From assembly GCA_036172245.1 (NCBI GenBank), contig JAYWIR010000047.1, forward strand, positions 558,001-622,000: a DNA stretch of 64,000 nt, in the 5' to 3' direction. The notes beneath the pieces are model-generated. The model did not search any database and was not told the DNA's origin. It was given only the letters and a program-made list of their open reading frames with translations. This document shows, one piece after another, positions 34,156 to 45,394 of this stretch (the first letter of the stretch is position 1; each line of letters begins with the position of its first letter). A program made the position numbers and the translations under genes. The stretch is from Raillietiella orientalis (taxonomy: Eukaryota).

Positions 34156-36549
34156 TCGGTTGGCGGCGAGAGTCATCCCGGGCAGTCACGCGGCCCGATC
34201 GGGGAGGGAACTCTCGGACGATCGCGAGTGACGCCCCCTTCCCTATCCTTCGATCCGCTCCCTCGGGAATCACGTCGAGTGCCGAGACCCGGTCCATCCC
34301 GTCCCTTACGCATCTGCTTCTGTATTCCCCCATCCCAGCTGCAGCAACTTTGCTCGCACGAACAACCCGGAGGCAACCCGAAACGGGGAAGTCTCTTTTC
34401 CTCGGAATTCTGACCCGTCGTGACCCCAGACTTTACTGGTTGTGGCCGAAGAACTCATTTCTCGAGTCACGCACGCCTTCCCGTTCTCTTCGGTACTCGG
34501 ATGTATCGGAAGAGCTCCACCCACGACGGGCCACACCACCGGATGCTGAGAAACGCGCGAGATTGGCCGCCGAAAAGAATCCCGAAGCGAAGGTGCTGAT
34601 CCTGTCCAAAGGGTAAGGTGCATCTTCCTGGTTTTTGCTTTCCTGTTTCGAGTGAGCAAGAACCAGATTTCGAGATTCGTCGCTGGGGAAAGGGGGATCA
34701 GAAGGTCAGCTGATGCGACCTAATTGCCTTCCTCTGGCTTGACTTGAGCCAAGAAGTCAGCTGAGAGGAGGGAAGAACGGCTCTCCTTCCCTCCTCCTCT
34801 CTCTCTCCAGGCGTCATCTTCCAAGCTTCGTTACCCGTATTTGAGAAGCTGTAAAGATGGAAGAAGGCAGCAAACACGGTTCGGGATGGAGGGCTCCGTG
34901 CTCTGCTGGATGCAGATGACAGCTGCCTGGGTGATCGGAGACTCTCTTGCACGGGTTTCCCGGGCGATCCCCAGAGGACGAAAAACTCGCCCACCAGCTG
35001 TTGCCTAGCACACGACCTTGCTCCCCAGTCCGGACCACGACGCGCACTCCGTTGCCCGAGCGGCTCATCGCAGCATCCGCTCCCTCCGAAACAAGAGCTC
35101 TGAAGCAGGCATCAGAGCTCATCTCCGATCGACGGAAACTGCTTCCGGGTTCAGCTCACCTCAGCTCAATGGACCGGTCTCAGCTGGCATCTTGAGTTAG
35201 AAACCTGAGAACCTGATTCGGAGGAACTGCGGTTTCTTCGCTGCTCTTTTTGTTCCAAACAAAAAAAAAACGCATGATTTTATCTCCTTCCTGGAAATTT
35301 TTTTTCTTTTCTTTCCATGGAAGCGACGAAGCGGATGAACGTGCGTGACGTCAACGGTGGTCGCCAGAAGGAAAAAGGGATGTTCCGTGTTTGTGTCGCG
35401 CAGAGGATTGGAACCGCGGCGCGATTACCAAACGGGCAACTGAGGATGGTCGTCACGACTTTCCCGGGAGGAACTGCGGACGCGTCTGCCTTTCGGCTAG
35501 TGACGGCTCGAAAGACGATTCTGCAGCCGGTGGGGAGAGGAAGAAGAGCCGCCGTGGCGGGAGCGCTTTTCCAACTCGGTTGCTGCCAAGCAACCGGCGC
35601 TTCTGCACGGCGGCAGCCCGTGGAGATTTTCGTCTCGGCTCATCTCTTTCGCCTTCTGAGCTTGCAAAGCGGGAAGCCATGTTCCGCGCTTGAATGTCGC
35701 CGTTGCCTCCTCTTTCGTTCTGGAATGAAAGGTTCTGCGGACAAAGCTGGACGAGGTTGTTCATTCCCGGAGAGAGAACAAGAATAAGAAGAAATCGATT
35801 TCTTCGTTTCCTCGGACGGGAAGGACAGCGCGCGGCACCATCTTTGACGGATCCGAGAGGGAAACGCAACCTCCCAAGCAGAGCGTTCGGGCTCTTCGCT
35901 CGGAGCTGCGGGCAAGGAGAATCGAAAAGCGGATTGGCAGTGAGAATGTCAAATCAACACGGACGCCAACACGCGGTCCAGCCACTGTCTCCGAGGATAC
36001 GTCTAAAAGAATGGTGTCGATCTCGGGGATCGACGCAGGGAAACCAAAGCCATCGCGCGAGCGGGTGCCCAGAAGAAGCGACGTGGATCGCATGCCTGCA
36101 AGGCGCACACGCGCGTTCCCGATCCCGCCTCCAGTGGGAACTCCACGGCCAGCAAGCAGGAACGAACAGAAGAAGCGGCGCGGAAGGAGAACAAGAGTAG
36201 GTGGCCTCCGACCAACCAGTCCCGGAGAGCGGCATGAAATCCCTCCCGGAACCTGTCGCATCTTCCTGATCGAAGGCACATGCTCCTCAAGCAGGAAAAC
36301 GGCGCAGCGCCGGAATCGGAAGGGAGTTCCCGGAGAACTTGGAATCCCTGGCAGTCCTTCAGAATAACCCAAACGAAGCCGGGACATGTGCCGAGGGGAT
36401 GCCTTCGTAGCCTCCGGCCAAGATGAACGGCGCCCGCGATGACCACTGACGATGGACGCACCCTCCTCTTTTCCTGCCGGTGGAGAGTTCCCGCAGGGCA
36501 TTAGCTTCAAGTAACGAGAACTTGGATGAAATTTGGTCCCATGGGTTAC

Positions 36550-37745
36550 CTTTTCTTCTAGCAGCTCTGATGTCCCTGCTCTGAAGACAGCCGAAACGGC
36601 GGACCGGCATGTTCGTGGTCGATCTGTGGTCAGTCGCTCTCAAAAATTCCAGCAAGAAAGAGGCACAGATGAGACCAACCGATGCATTGGGAATTGTGAG
36701 GTCCTGCATACCTGCAGAGGCACGAAACGCCTCTCCACCGACTGACATTCCTGTGTCACCCCACACCCTGTTGTCCGGAGATGCAGCTACGACCGCTGCA
36801 CTCCTACAACAACCGCTCGCTGAAGAACGTCATCGTGCAGCCCACCCCACGTGGGCGGAAAGAACCTCTCTAGCCGCAGCAATACTCACCTTTAGGGAGG
36901 ACCTGAGCAGTAACCAGCCGGCCAAATGGGAGGTCAGTTCAAAATTGGTCCCAGTCAAAGAAATTAGGTTGTTGGATCACGGGCCAGCTCACTGACGCTG
37001 AGACCCCAAATGTCCCAACGAAAGAACTATTGCGCTGGAGTGAGCTGTGATCCTCCCCCTGAAGTGGCCGAAGTCGGCACTTCTGCTGTTGCACTGGGGT
37101 CTCCCGTGCAACGCCCGCCGCTCTCACTGGACTCGGGGCACAATGGACCCAAACTGCTTCAGGTGCGGGCAACGGAAATCCCAGCTCCCGCACCTGCTCG
37201 TAGACCGTGTCGCCCTCCGGTCCCTGTGGTTGCCTTACGCAACGCCCCTTGGTGCACCCACGGACAATGCCAGAGGCGCCTCTTCGTACACGATGCCCTT
37301 TTGCCCGACGCATCCCCAGCAGCTCTTTGCTGCCTACGTGGGAATGTGGCGGTCTGGATCTACGCGAGCGGAGGACGGCGCGATAGGGACGCCATCTGCC
37401 CTTCGCCCAGTGTGTCCTGCGGATGGCAGCAAGATGGTCCCACCTGGAGCATACTCGGATAGAACTTGCCGGCATCCTGGAAAGGATGCAGAGAACGACC
37501 TTCAGCTCCCGGTGATCCCTTCTCTAACCCTCCCATTTTTTTGTATATATAGTTTTTTTGTTTTAATTTTATTTCTGTTTGCCACCCCACCCCCTTTCCG
37601 GCCGGCGTGACTGGGTGAAACCTCGCCGGCCTGCGTGCCGGTTACTCGGCAGGTTCCGAGCATTGTAGGACGTTGTAGGGTCGATGACCCTACACATGTA
37701 TGTTTATTTTTTATAATAAACGTCCCGGCGTACCCGGGCGAGAAA
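36550..37745 (+). mobile_element. 5'-truncated L1/Tx1-like retrotransposon
   Basis: PAKWEV motif (cf. PARWEV in the 32152 ORF), zinc-finger remnant and AATAAACGTCCCGGCGTACCCGGGCG end. 37049-37731 matches 28463-29145. Confidence 0.8.
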
Positions 37746-39284
37746 CCCATACCTTGTTGTTGCTCCAGCGTGTTGCACAAAGCAACATGCAAGGATCCGC
37801 TTGGGATTTCCCTTAAGCCACGTTGTTCTGCATGAACCCCACGTTACACGGCGTGACTCCTAACTAACCCCTCACTGATCTCATGAGAGCTCTGTAGCAC
37901 GCAAGCAACAGATGATGGGGGCTAGTCGTGCGGGCTTGGTGTATTCTTCTACTAGGGTCATTGATTTCGACCAAGAGAGACTCGTGGTCTTTGCAAAAGT
38001 GGTAACGCAGGATTTTGCCTTAGACCATGAAAGTCATCAAGCTCTTTGGATTTCGGAAGTGTCCGGAATACGGAAGGTCAGAGATAAGGCAGTGATGCAG
38101 AGAGAAACGCAGGGGGATTCTCGCGCGCGCTGCAACCGCCATAAAGACGTTTTGATGACCTACACAAGGAAACCTCATTTGAAGCGGCCACCCTGAGATT
38201 GTCTCAAGACCCCAACGTCTTCACGGAAAATGGCGGTCGATGGAGACACGCAACGAATAGGTTGCCAGCATCAGGAATCACCCGCTCCGTCCAGAAACCC
38301 TTTCTATCGAAAACGTTCGGACCTGACTCGGAGAGGAAAGAACGGTGTAAGACCTTTCCGTGGGTTCCACTCAGGCAAATGAAGATGTCTGGAACGGAAA
38401 GTCCTAAACAGGCAGAAGTCCAAGCAGATTCTGTGTGTACCTGCTTCGGCGGTACATATACTAAAAATGGAGAGATGTGGTGATGGTGCAAAACCACGCG
38501 AAAGAGCTTGGAGAGCGGATGGAAGCGACTCGGTAACCACAGTCTGCATGGTAAATGTACACTCGTGTGGTGTAACTACCACCGTCCATATAATAAGTGC
38601 GTCTACTCAGTGAACACGCTCCCTAAATTCAATAAACCAACCACATCGTGAAAGAACTATATTCAGAACGGTCCTCACGCCCGTTGCCTGGATGAAATGT
38701 CAGTGAACCCTCGGTGCTGATTGGTCGTGGAGTTGAGCGCCAAATCGGAACGGTGACGCGATGCCACTTCGCTTTGAACGCGGTGAAAAACGGGAGAAAA
38801 CGGGACTGGGACGAACTTGGTGACGCAAGCTGAAGCGCAAGCAGGCAGGGATTCCTGGAACGACGCCGAAGTGAAAGCAAAGATCGGAGGGCCGCTGGAA
38901 ATGCGATCGACTCGCGAGCTGCCCTCGGTATGAGCAAGTATCGATTTTCCCTTTGTAGGATCGCTTCAAAACATATCTCTGCATCCGGAGCTGCAGCAGC
39001 AACAGACGAACAAATGCCGAAACCAATGGGAACGGCTCAATGCTCGCGGGGACGAGGTCCCTGCCTGCTCCCCCCTGCAGATCCTCCACTGCCGCCGCCG
39101 ACCGGGAGACCCCTCTCGGCGATCAAAAAGCCATCGAGGATTTTTGGAGGAGAATCCAGTAACGATTGAAGCTCGGTGTCCCACCAGGAAGACTCGGGTG
39201 CGACACTCCAGAAATAAGGGGTGTGGCGGGCTCCCTGAACGACCCTTGGTTCAAGATGTGAGAGCTGTCTCATTTCGAGCTTCC

Positions 39285-40960
39285 TACGTTGGCGGCTGTG
39301 TGGCTACGGTCTCCGCGCGTGGTACCAAGCATTGCGGGTTCGAATACCCGTAAAGGATCGACGGCAGAGAAACGGATGTATCATGGAGTTTCGAGTTCTC
39401 CCGCAAGGTGATGCTGGTTGGCTTATATTCGGGTGAAGCATTGGCTGGCACCCGGTCATGCTGGGGCGTTTATTTATAAAATAAATATAGATGTCTGTGG
39501 AGGACGTTTGATACTGCTGCGTTGCTTATAAACACGAGAAGGGACCTGCCGGGAACTGGCACGGAGACCAGCGGGGTTCCCCTCTGCAGCACAGGGGAAG
39601 GGGAGACAAACAAAAAGAAAAAAAACAAAACAAAAAACGTAGTCAAAAATTGGGAGGTGGGGTGGGTGGTTCGGGAAGAGATCACTGTGTGCTGGAGGGT
39701 GTCCTCTACAACCTTGTAAGGATGCCGGCAAGTTCCTGTTTCAAGACTCCGAGGTGGGGCCATCTTGACGCTGTTCTCATGAAGAGGACAGCAGAATAGA
39801 TGGCGTCCCTGTCGTTCTGGCCTTCTCTGCTCTGCAGAATAGATGGCTGCATGGAGCAGCAACGATCCCGCCACGTGAGCAGCAAAGTGCTGCTAGAGAG
39901 GGATGCGGCCGGCAGTGAGGGCGTTGCGCAGGAAAAGGTCTTTAAAACTTGTCTGGCATTGCCGCCGGGGGTTCCAGGGGTCGCAAAAAAGCGTCATCAA
40001 AGGGGTCGGAGGGCAACACAGTCCAATAGGAGGTGCGGGAGGGATTCCCGCTCCCCGCACCTTGCACAGTTTGGATCCACACACACCTGTGTCCAGTGAT
40101 GCCAGCGGGCGTTGTACGGGAGACCCCAGTGCAGCAGCATCAATGCCGACCCCTGCCACTTCAAGGGGAGGGTGCGGTGTTCATGATCACCGTGGGCCAC
40201 TGCAGATCTTCCTCCGAAATACCCAGTAGCACACCCAGTAGCAAAAGTCCATGAGGTAGAGGACTCGGGGTCGCAGCGTCGGTGAGCTGGCCTGTCGTCC
40301 ACTCTCCCGGGCCTCTTCTCCTTCCGGAGATGTCCACAATAACCTCCCATCTAGCCGTGAGGCTGCTGTCCATGTGCTCCCTAAGGGAGGCAGCGCGGCG
40401 TTGAGGGAGGTTCTGCCTGCCCACGCACTCCTCGCGGGATCTTCCAGGATCTCCCAGAGCGTGCAGTTGCTATTGCAGTCCAAGCATTGGTGGAAGCCGG
40501 AAACCGGATGCCCGCCGTTGACTGGCCGGGATTTGAATTTGACCCTCCGGGGCCCTTCTAGCAATTAAGTAGAAAATTCCCTTGTGGGTTCCCCTTCGGT
40601 TGTCAACATCGAGCCGTCACCCTCCCAAGGGAGGAAACATCGATTCAGTACCATGGAGCTGGTGGACTGATACTTCCCCAGAGTATCCAGAAGAGCGCTT
40701 CTTCTCCAAAACCTTCATAGAAATTTGGAAACGTCTTTCCGGGGTTCCCTTCTGAGGAGGAAACGAGAAGCGGTTCCCTCTTGGGTTCGCTCCGGAGAAG
40801 AAACAATGGACTGGCTCCCTCCGGAGGTCCACCGGAGAGAATAACGAGAATAGGAGGAATAGACTCCTTCCTCTGGAGCTCATCCTGGAGTCATAGGGTG
40901 GTCCCTTCCCGGGGCACCCTCTAACGTGAAGACACGCACCCCTGGGTGGCATGGAACAAT
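39285..40960 (+). mobile_element. Y copy interrupted by a minus-strand Tx1-like element
   Basis: CGTTGGCGGCTGTGTGGCT..TGGTACCAAGCATTGCGGGTTCGAATAC (B box 39337), second box TTTCGAGTTC (~39389). Body resumes after 40490. Confidence 0.75.
39445..40481 (-). mobile_element. 5'-truncated L1/Tx1-like retrotransposon inserted in Y
   Basis: TARWEV motif, finger DPNCARCGERESLPHLLLDC, AATAAA-hairpin end; 9-bp TSD AAGCATTGG at 39436-39444 and 40482-40490. Confidence 0.88.
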
Positions 40961-43731
40961 GTTAAGCAACAAGAAGGCAGAAAGCGCCTTCTTGGTCTTG
41001 TTGGTGCGGCCCCACGCTTCGTGAATGTGCGTATGCTCCCTGGGCACAGACAGCAGCCACCTCCTCGACTGCGCCATGACGGAAAGGAGGGGACGGATGG
41101 ACGTTGGATGGACTGGCCAGATCCGACCCTCCCAGACCGCGGGGAGAGTGGTGAGTATCGAGTGCTGCACGCCTTCTCAGCGGGCGTAGGCCGCCGCTTC
41201 CAGCGCTCACCGCCTTCAAGCCCCAGCACACAAGACGGAAGGACCAAGGGCTTGGGAAAAATGCAGCGTTGGATCTCGAATGCATCCCACCACGAGCGGA
41301 GGAATCGAAACGAGAAGCAGCGCTCTGCTCTCCACGGAGCCACGTCCGTTTACAGGGAGATTCTCTCCGCCTTCTCCTATCTCATCCACCAGGCAGCTCG
41401 GAAATTCGCCACATCAGGCGCTTCCCACGAGTCGAACTTCGCTTATCCGATGGACCGAGGGCGGAGAAACGAACCAACACAGGCCGGCGGCGGGGAAAAG
41501 GTCGCCAAGGTGACACTCCATGCATCCGATGCAGGGAGAGACATCGAAAGCAGGTCCTGGGGAGTGATGAGGGGCCTGCGGCAACATTTCAGAGCGAAGG
41601 AATCGGATGCTTCAGCGCACCACTTTTATTACTCTCCAGGACTCACACCAGCATCACCCAAACCGATCCATCTTCGCAATAAAATCACCATCAAAAACCA
41701 TCAGGAATAATGAACTTACTCTGAACTTACCTTCCGCGGATCATCATCCCACTCGACACCCTCCTCCTTAGCCTATCAAAAGTCCTGCATACGTACAGTC
41801 CCACCATCTGCGCACCCATTCACGTTACTAGACCATCCCCTCTCGAGCGCCCTGACATCTCATCATTTACCGCGACCTCTTTTCCACCATGCACCGGCTA
41901 ACTACGGCGAGTCGTCAAGGAGCGACGGGTGGTCACGTGATGAGGGCAGAGACGTTCGTGGAAACGCCGCGTGGAGTCTCCCCCCGAGATCACGCGGGAA
42001 GTTTCCCGACTTTTGCTTTACGCCCAGAGGCCATAACTCTGGTACTACGCTGAATGGCAGGAGGAAGAGGAGGGAGGGAGGGAGGGAGGGGGGGGGAGTA
42101 GAAAGAACGTTCGGCGGCATTGGTTGGTCTGTTGCCGCCGCATCCCCTTCCTCTGAAGCTCCACCTCCGGCCGCCGGCAACTCCCCTTTAATGCTCCTCC
42201 TGGACGGACGGCCTCAGCGGGTTCACAGGATGAGATGGCTCCGAAGAGGAGACAGATCTACTTGTCACTCCCAGGGAAAGGCCGGAGGGCAGCGAGCGAG
42301 CCGCATATCGGCAGCCATTGGCTGGTTCGTCTGCAGTCTTGGGGTCGGGGTGGGAAGCACCCAGAACCCTCGGTGCGATCCCACGCCCGGCGAGGCGAGG
42401 CGAAACTGCAATGAGAGGCGCCGGATCGCACGCTGGGTCGCGCGTTCCCCTCCCAGGCACGCTCCTTCCATTGTTGCGTCAGAACGGGAGTGCCAATCGA
42501 ATCCGACTTCCGCTTGTCGACGGGCGAGCGTGGCGCCCGCGTGCAGCAACGGCGCGCGAGGCAGCGAAACGGGATGTTTCCGCGTGAGACTCCAGCTGCA
42601 ACCGCGAAGCGCAGGGAGAAACATTCTCGCCTGGGGGAAGCTGACGGCGAGGACCAAGCGACATTTCTGTGAGCGGGAGTACGGGAGCGAGAAGGAGCAG
42701 ACGGTCGAGGCACACCATCCTCCAGGGTGTCTCGCCCGGGCGATCTGCCCGGAGCAGCAAAGCTGACGAACGGGCGGCGGGCGGGCTACGGGACCCTGCC
42801 CTGCCGACCATTGCACCGGGTTCCAGGAGGGGACGTCAGCGCCCGCGCCTGCTGTGCCCCCGGCACCTCCTTCCCCGCCGGATGCTGCCTGCCGGCTCGG
42901 AACAAAGAGTTGGGGGCAAGGAGAAAGCGCGTCACGCCCGAGCTCCACCTCTTCCTCTTTCTCCGATTTCCGAGGCGGATGGGAAAGCGCCCCCGGCCTG
43001 CAGCGCTCGGCACTCGGAAAAGCGAAGACGCTGACCTTGGAGCTGTCCCCTCTACACGTCGATCCGCGGACCATCCCCAACGAGCGAGAAAAAGAGCGCC
43101 CGGACTGCTGTTCCAAAAGAGGGCGATCAACTCCTCTCGGAATGGGGCCAGGAGCGTAAAGAAGGGAAAGAGGGATAAGCTCGGTCGTTCCTGCTCGGTT
43201 CTTCGCTCGCCTCCGCGCTCGCGAGTTTTCGCGAGAGCGGACGGAAGTGAGGGGGACGGAAATCCGAACTTCCCCGCTGCGAGCCTCGCGCGGCTTCGCC
43301 CCACGGACCGTTCCTGTCACGTTCCAGAGAGAGGAGCGTCGAGCTGTCGTCATTGCGCGCGCGCTCCCGGAAGCAGGAGGATGCCTCCTCCGAGGCTTTT
43401 CCTCCGCGGTGCGGACTGCGCGGAGTCCACCCTCCCGCGTGGGGCGAGTTTGTCTTGCGACCCTCCTGCAAGACATGTAGTAGCTGGTGTCCATGGTGAC
43501 AACCGTCTTGCTACAGACGAAGGACAAAGGAGGGGGGGGGAAGGACGAAAAGCAGAGGTTTCTTTTCTCTCCGAGGCGGTCTTGGGCGAATTTCCGCGAA
43601 ATTCACCTCAGAGGAATTTTCTCTCGTGAAGATCAGTCCACGTTGACGCCATTTTTTTCTGGAGGATTCCCTGAGACATTGAGGCTGAGGGGGTTTGGCG
43701 GTGGCCACGGATTGGCAGCGATGGCAATGAG

Positions 43732-44220
43732 TTTCCATGCCGGGGCGTCTACTCAAATTTACAGTAAACTCGCAAATTGTGGTAGGACACATGTGGTCCT
43801 ACCACGCTCGATCCGCTGTCTGTGGACCTGGCTGTTTGACGACGCTGCAAACCGACGAGGTTCACCGCGGCGGCGGAGAGGAGGGGGGAAAACAAAAGGA
43901 AAAATAAAGTTGATGAAATAAAACACACAAAAAGAAAACAGAGGGCCGTCGCTGGATGCCGACTAGATCGGTCCTGATAGCACCCAGGTGGGGCCATCTT
44001 GCTGCTACCCGTAGAAAGAGGAAGCGCACACTCGACAGCATCCCTGTCGGACGGTCCTCCTGCAGAGTCACTGCAGGCCGCCACAATCCCGCGGGTGCAG
44101 CAAACAGCTTCTAAGGCTGTGGCTGGCGGCAGGGCATTCCGCGTGAAGAAGAGTTTGAAAACGTCCCTGGGATTGCCAGCCGGGGTCCGTAGGGTCGTCC
44201 TAAAACGTTCCCACAGGTGC
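43732..44220 (-). mobile_element. Older 3' fragment of the same Tx1-like family
   Basis: Shares CAAGATGGCCCCACCTGG and the UTR layout; degenerate end AGTAGACGCCCCGGC; degenerate 13-bp TSD CGATG(G/A)C(A/G)ATGAG at 43719-43731 and 44221-44233. Confidence 0.7.
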
Positions 44221-44316
44221 CGATGACGATGAGCCGTAAGACGAGCCCTGAAGTTTCCCCTTCCTCTCCCAATGAATAGAGCGATGAGCAGGACCCCCTC
44301 AGGACATAGATGTGGA

Positions 44317-44400
44317 CTTCCTAGGGAGCTTCCTAGGATCCTAAGGAATTTTCTAGGAAATTTCCTAGAATTTCCTTACTAGAGAATTTCCTAGGATTCG
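44317..44400. repeat. Cluster of TTCCTAGGAA-like palindromes
   Basis: Repeated (T)TCCTAGG(A) units; perfect 20-bp palindrome TTCTAGGAAATTTCCTAGAA at 44351-44370. Confidence 0.8.
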
Positions 44401-44730
44401 GAGCCTCCATTAGGATGCTCCAAATGGGCAGGATACCTGCCTGTATGACTCGAAAGGGATGTGTCGAAGTTTTGCCGAAAAGAAGCATGATAGCGGCACG
44501 TCTTATGGAGGGTGGCTGCGGAATCAGTGGAGCGACTGTGATGACCGTGACCCATAAAATGCGGGGAAGCTCGTAAGATTTCTTTCTTGTTAAGGATAAT
44601 TCCCTTGAGGGCGATTCTGGTGAGGTCATGGTTCTTAGGGCCCCAGAAATCTCGGGCAGGAGAAAGAGATTCATGTGCAGTCAGCTAATAAGCTGATCAA
44701 GAAGATGAAGGTTTCGTTCCAACGTGCACA

Positions 44731-45394
44731 GTGAACTTGGGATCCTTCAGAATAAATGATCCCTTGGAAGTGTATAGAGTCCGGCAGCGTCCGAAGTTGC
44801 TAACCTTCGGAAAAGCTCTCAGGTTCTGCCACTGTGTTGAGGAGGAAAACAGCCAAGAAGAAAAGGCTGTTTCCAAAACGGAGAGTCTTGGAAAGGAGTC
44901 TAAATGTTGTTGGATGTCAATTTTGAGAGAGTTATCGCTATCAGTTATCGTTATTCAAATTGATAGACACCCTACACTCACAACTGAGACATCCGGTAGA
45001 TCTTATGCAAAGGCAATCATGAATGCGATAGCCGTACTTGGAGAACCGATTGTGAAAACTTCATGATCACAGAAACGATCGACGAAACAACCGTGCATCC
45101 TGATCCTGGATCGCTGCATCTTCGTTCGCGTTACTGGAAGTTCCTTGAATCATTCATCGCACACAATACGGTGAACCGTTGCCCAAACTTTCATTGGTCA
45201 AGCATTGGGAGAAGCAAATCTCGTTGGAAATTTGCTGCCGAGACCGGAGCAGAGCTTGCATAGCAGATTTTTCTACAGTCATGATCAATCTGGGAGATGT
45301 GGCGATGAATTCTTTTGAAAATTGTTTGAAAGGAAGAGGACTTTTATTTTTGTGTCCGTTTTTGTCAGTATCTGCTATTAAATCCAAAGGATGA
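44731..45394 (+). pseudogene. Possible decayed Ulp1/SENP6-7-like peptidase fragment
   Basis: KQPCILILD, preceded by VIVIQI and AIAVLG, resembles the SENP6/7 catalytic-domain layout. In-frame stops; catalytic motifs not preserved. Confidence 0.3.

Noticed and set aside
20149..39350. Functional tRNA genes at the GGTTCGAATCC motifs
   Set aside because: No complete cloverleaf or anticodon arm could be folded; treated as tRNA-derived repeat heads.
42191..43629. Long overlapping ORFs (300-420 aa), and similar ones at 7959-10361
   Set aside because: Arg/Pro/Ser-rich, open in several frames on both strands and lacking motifs, as expected in GC-rich non-coding or decayed TE DNA.
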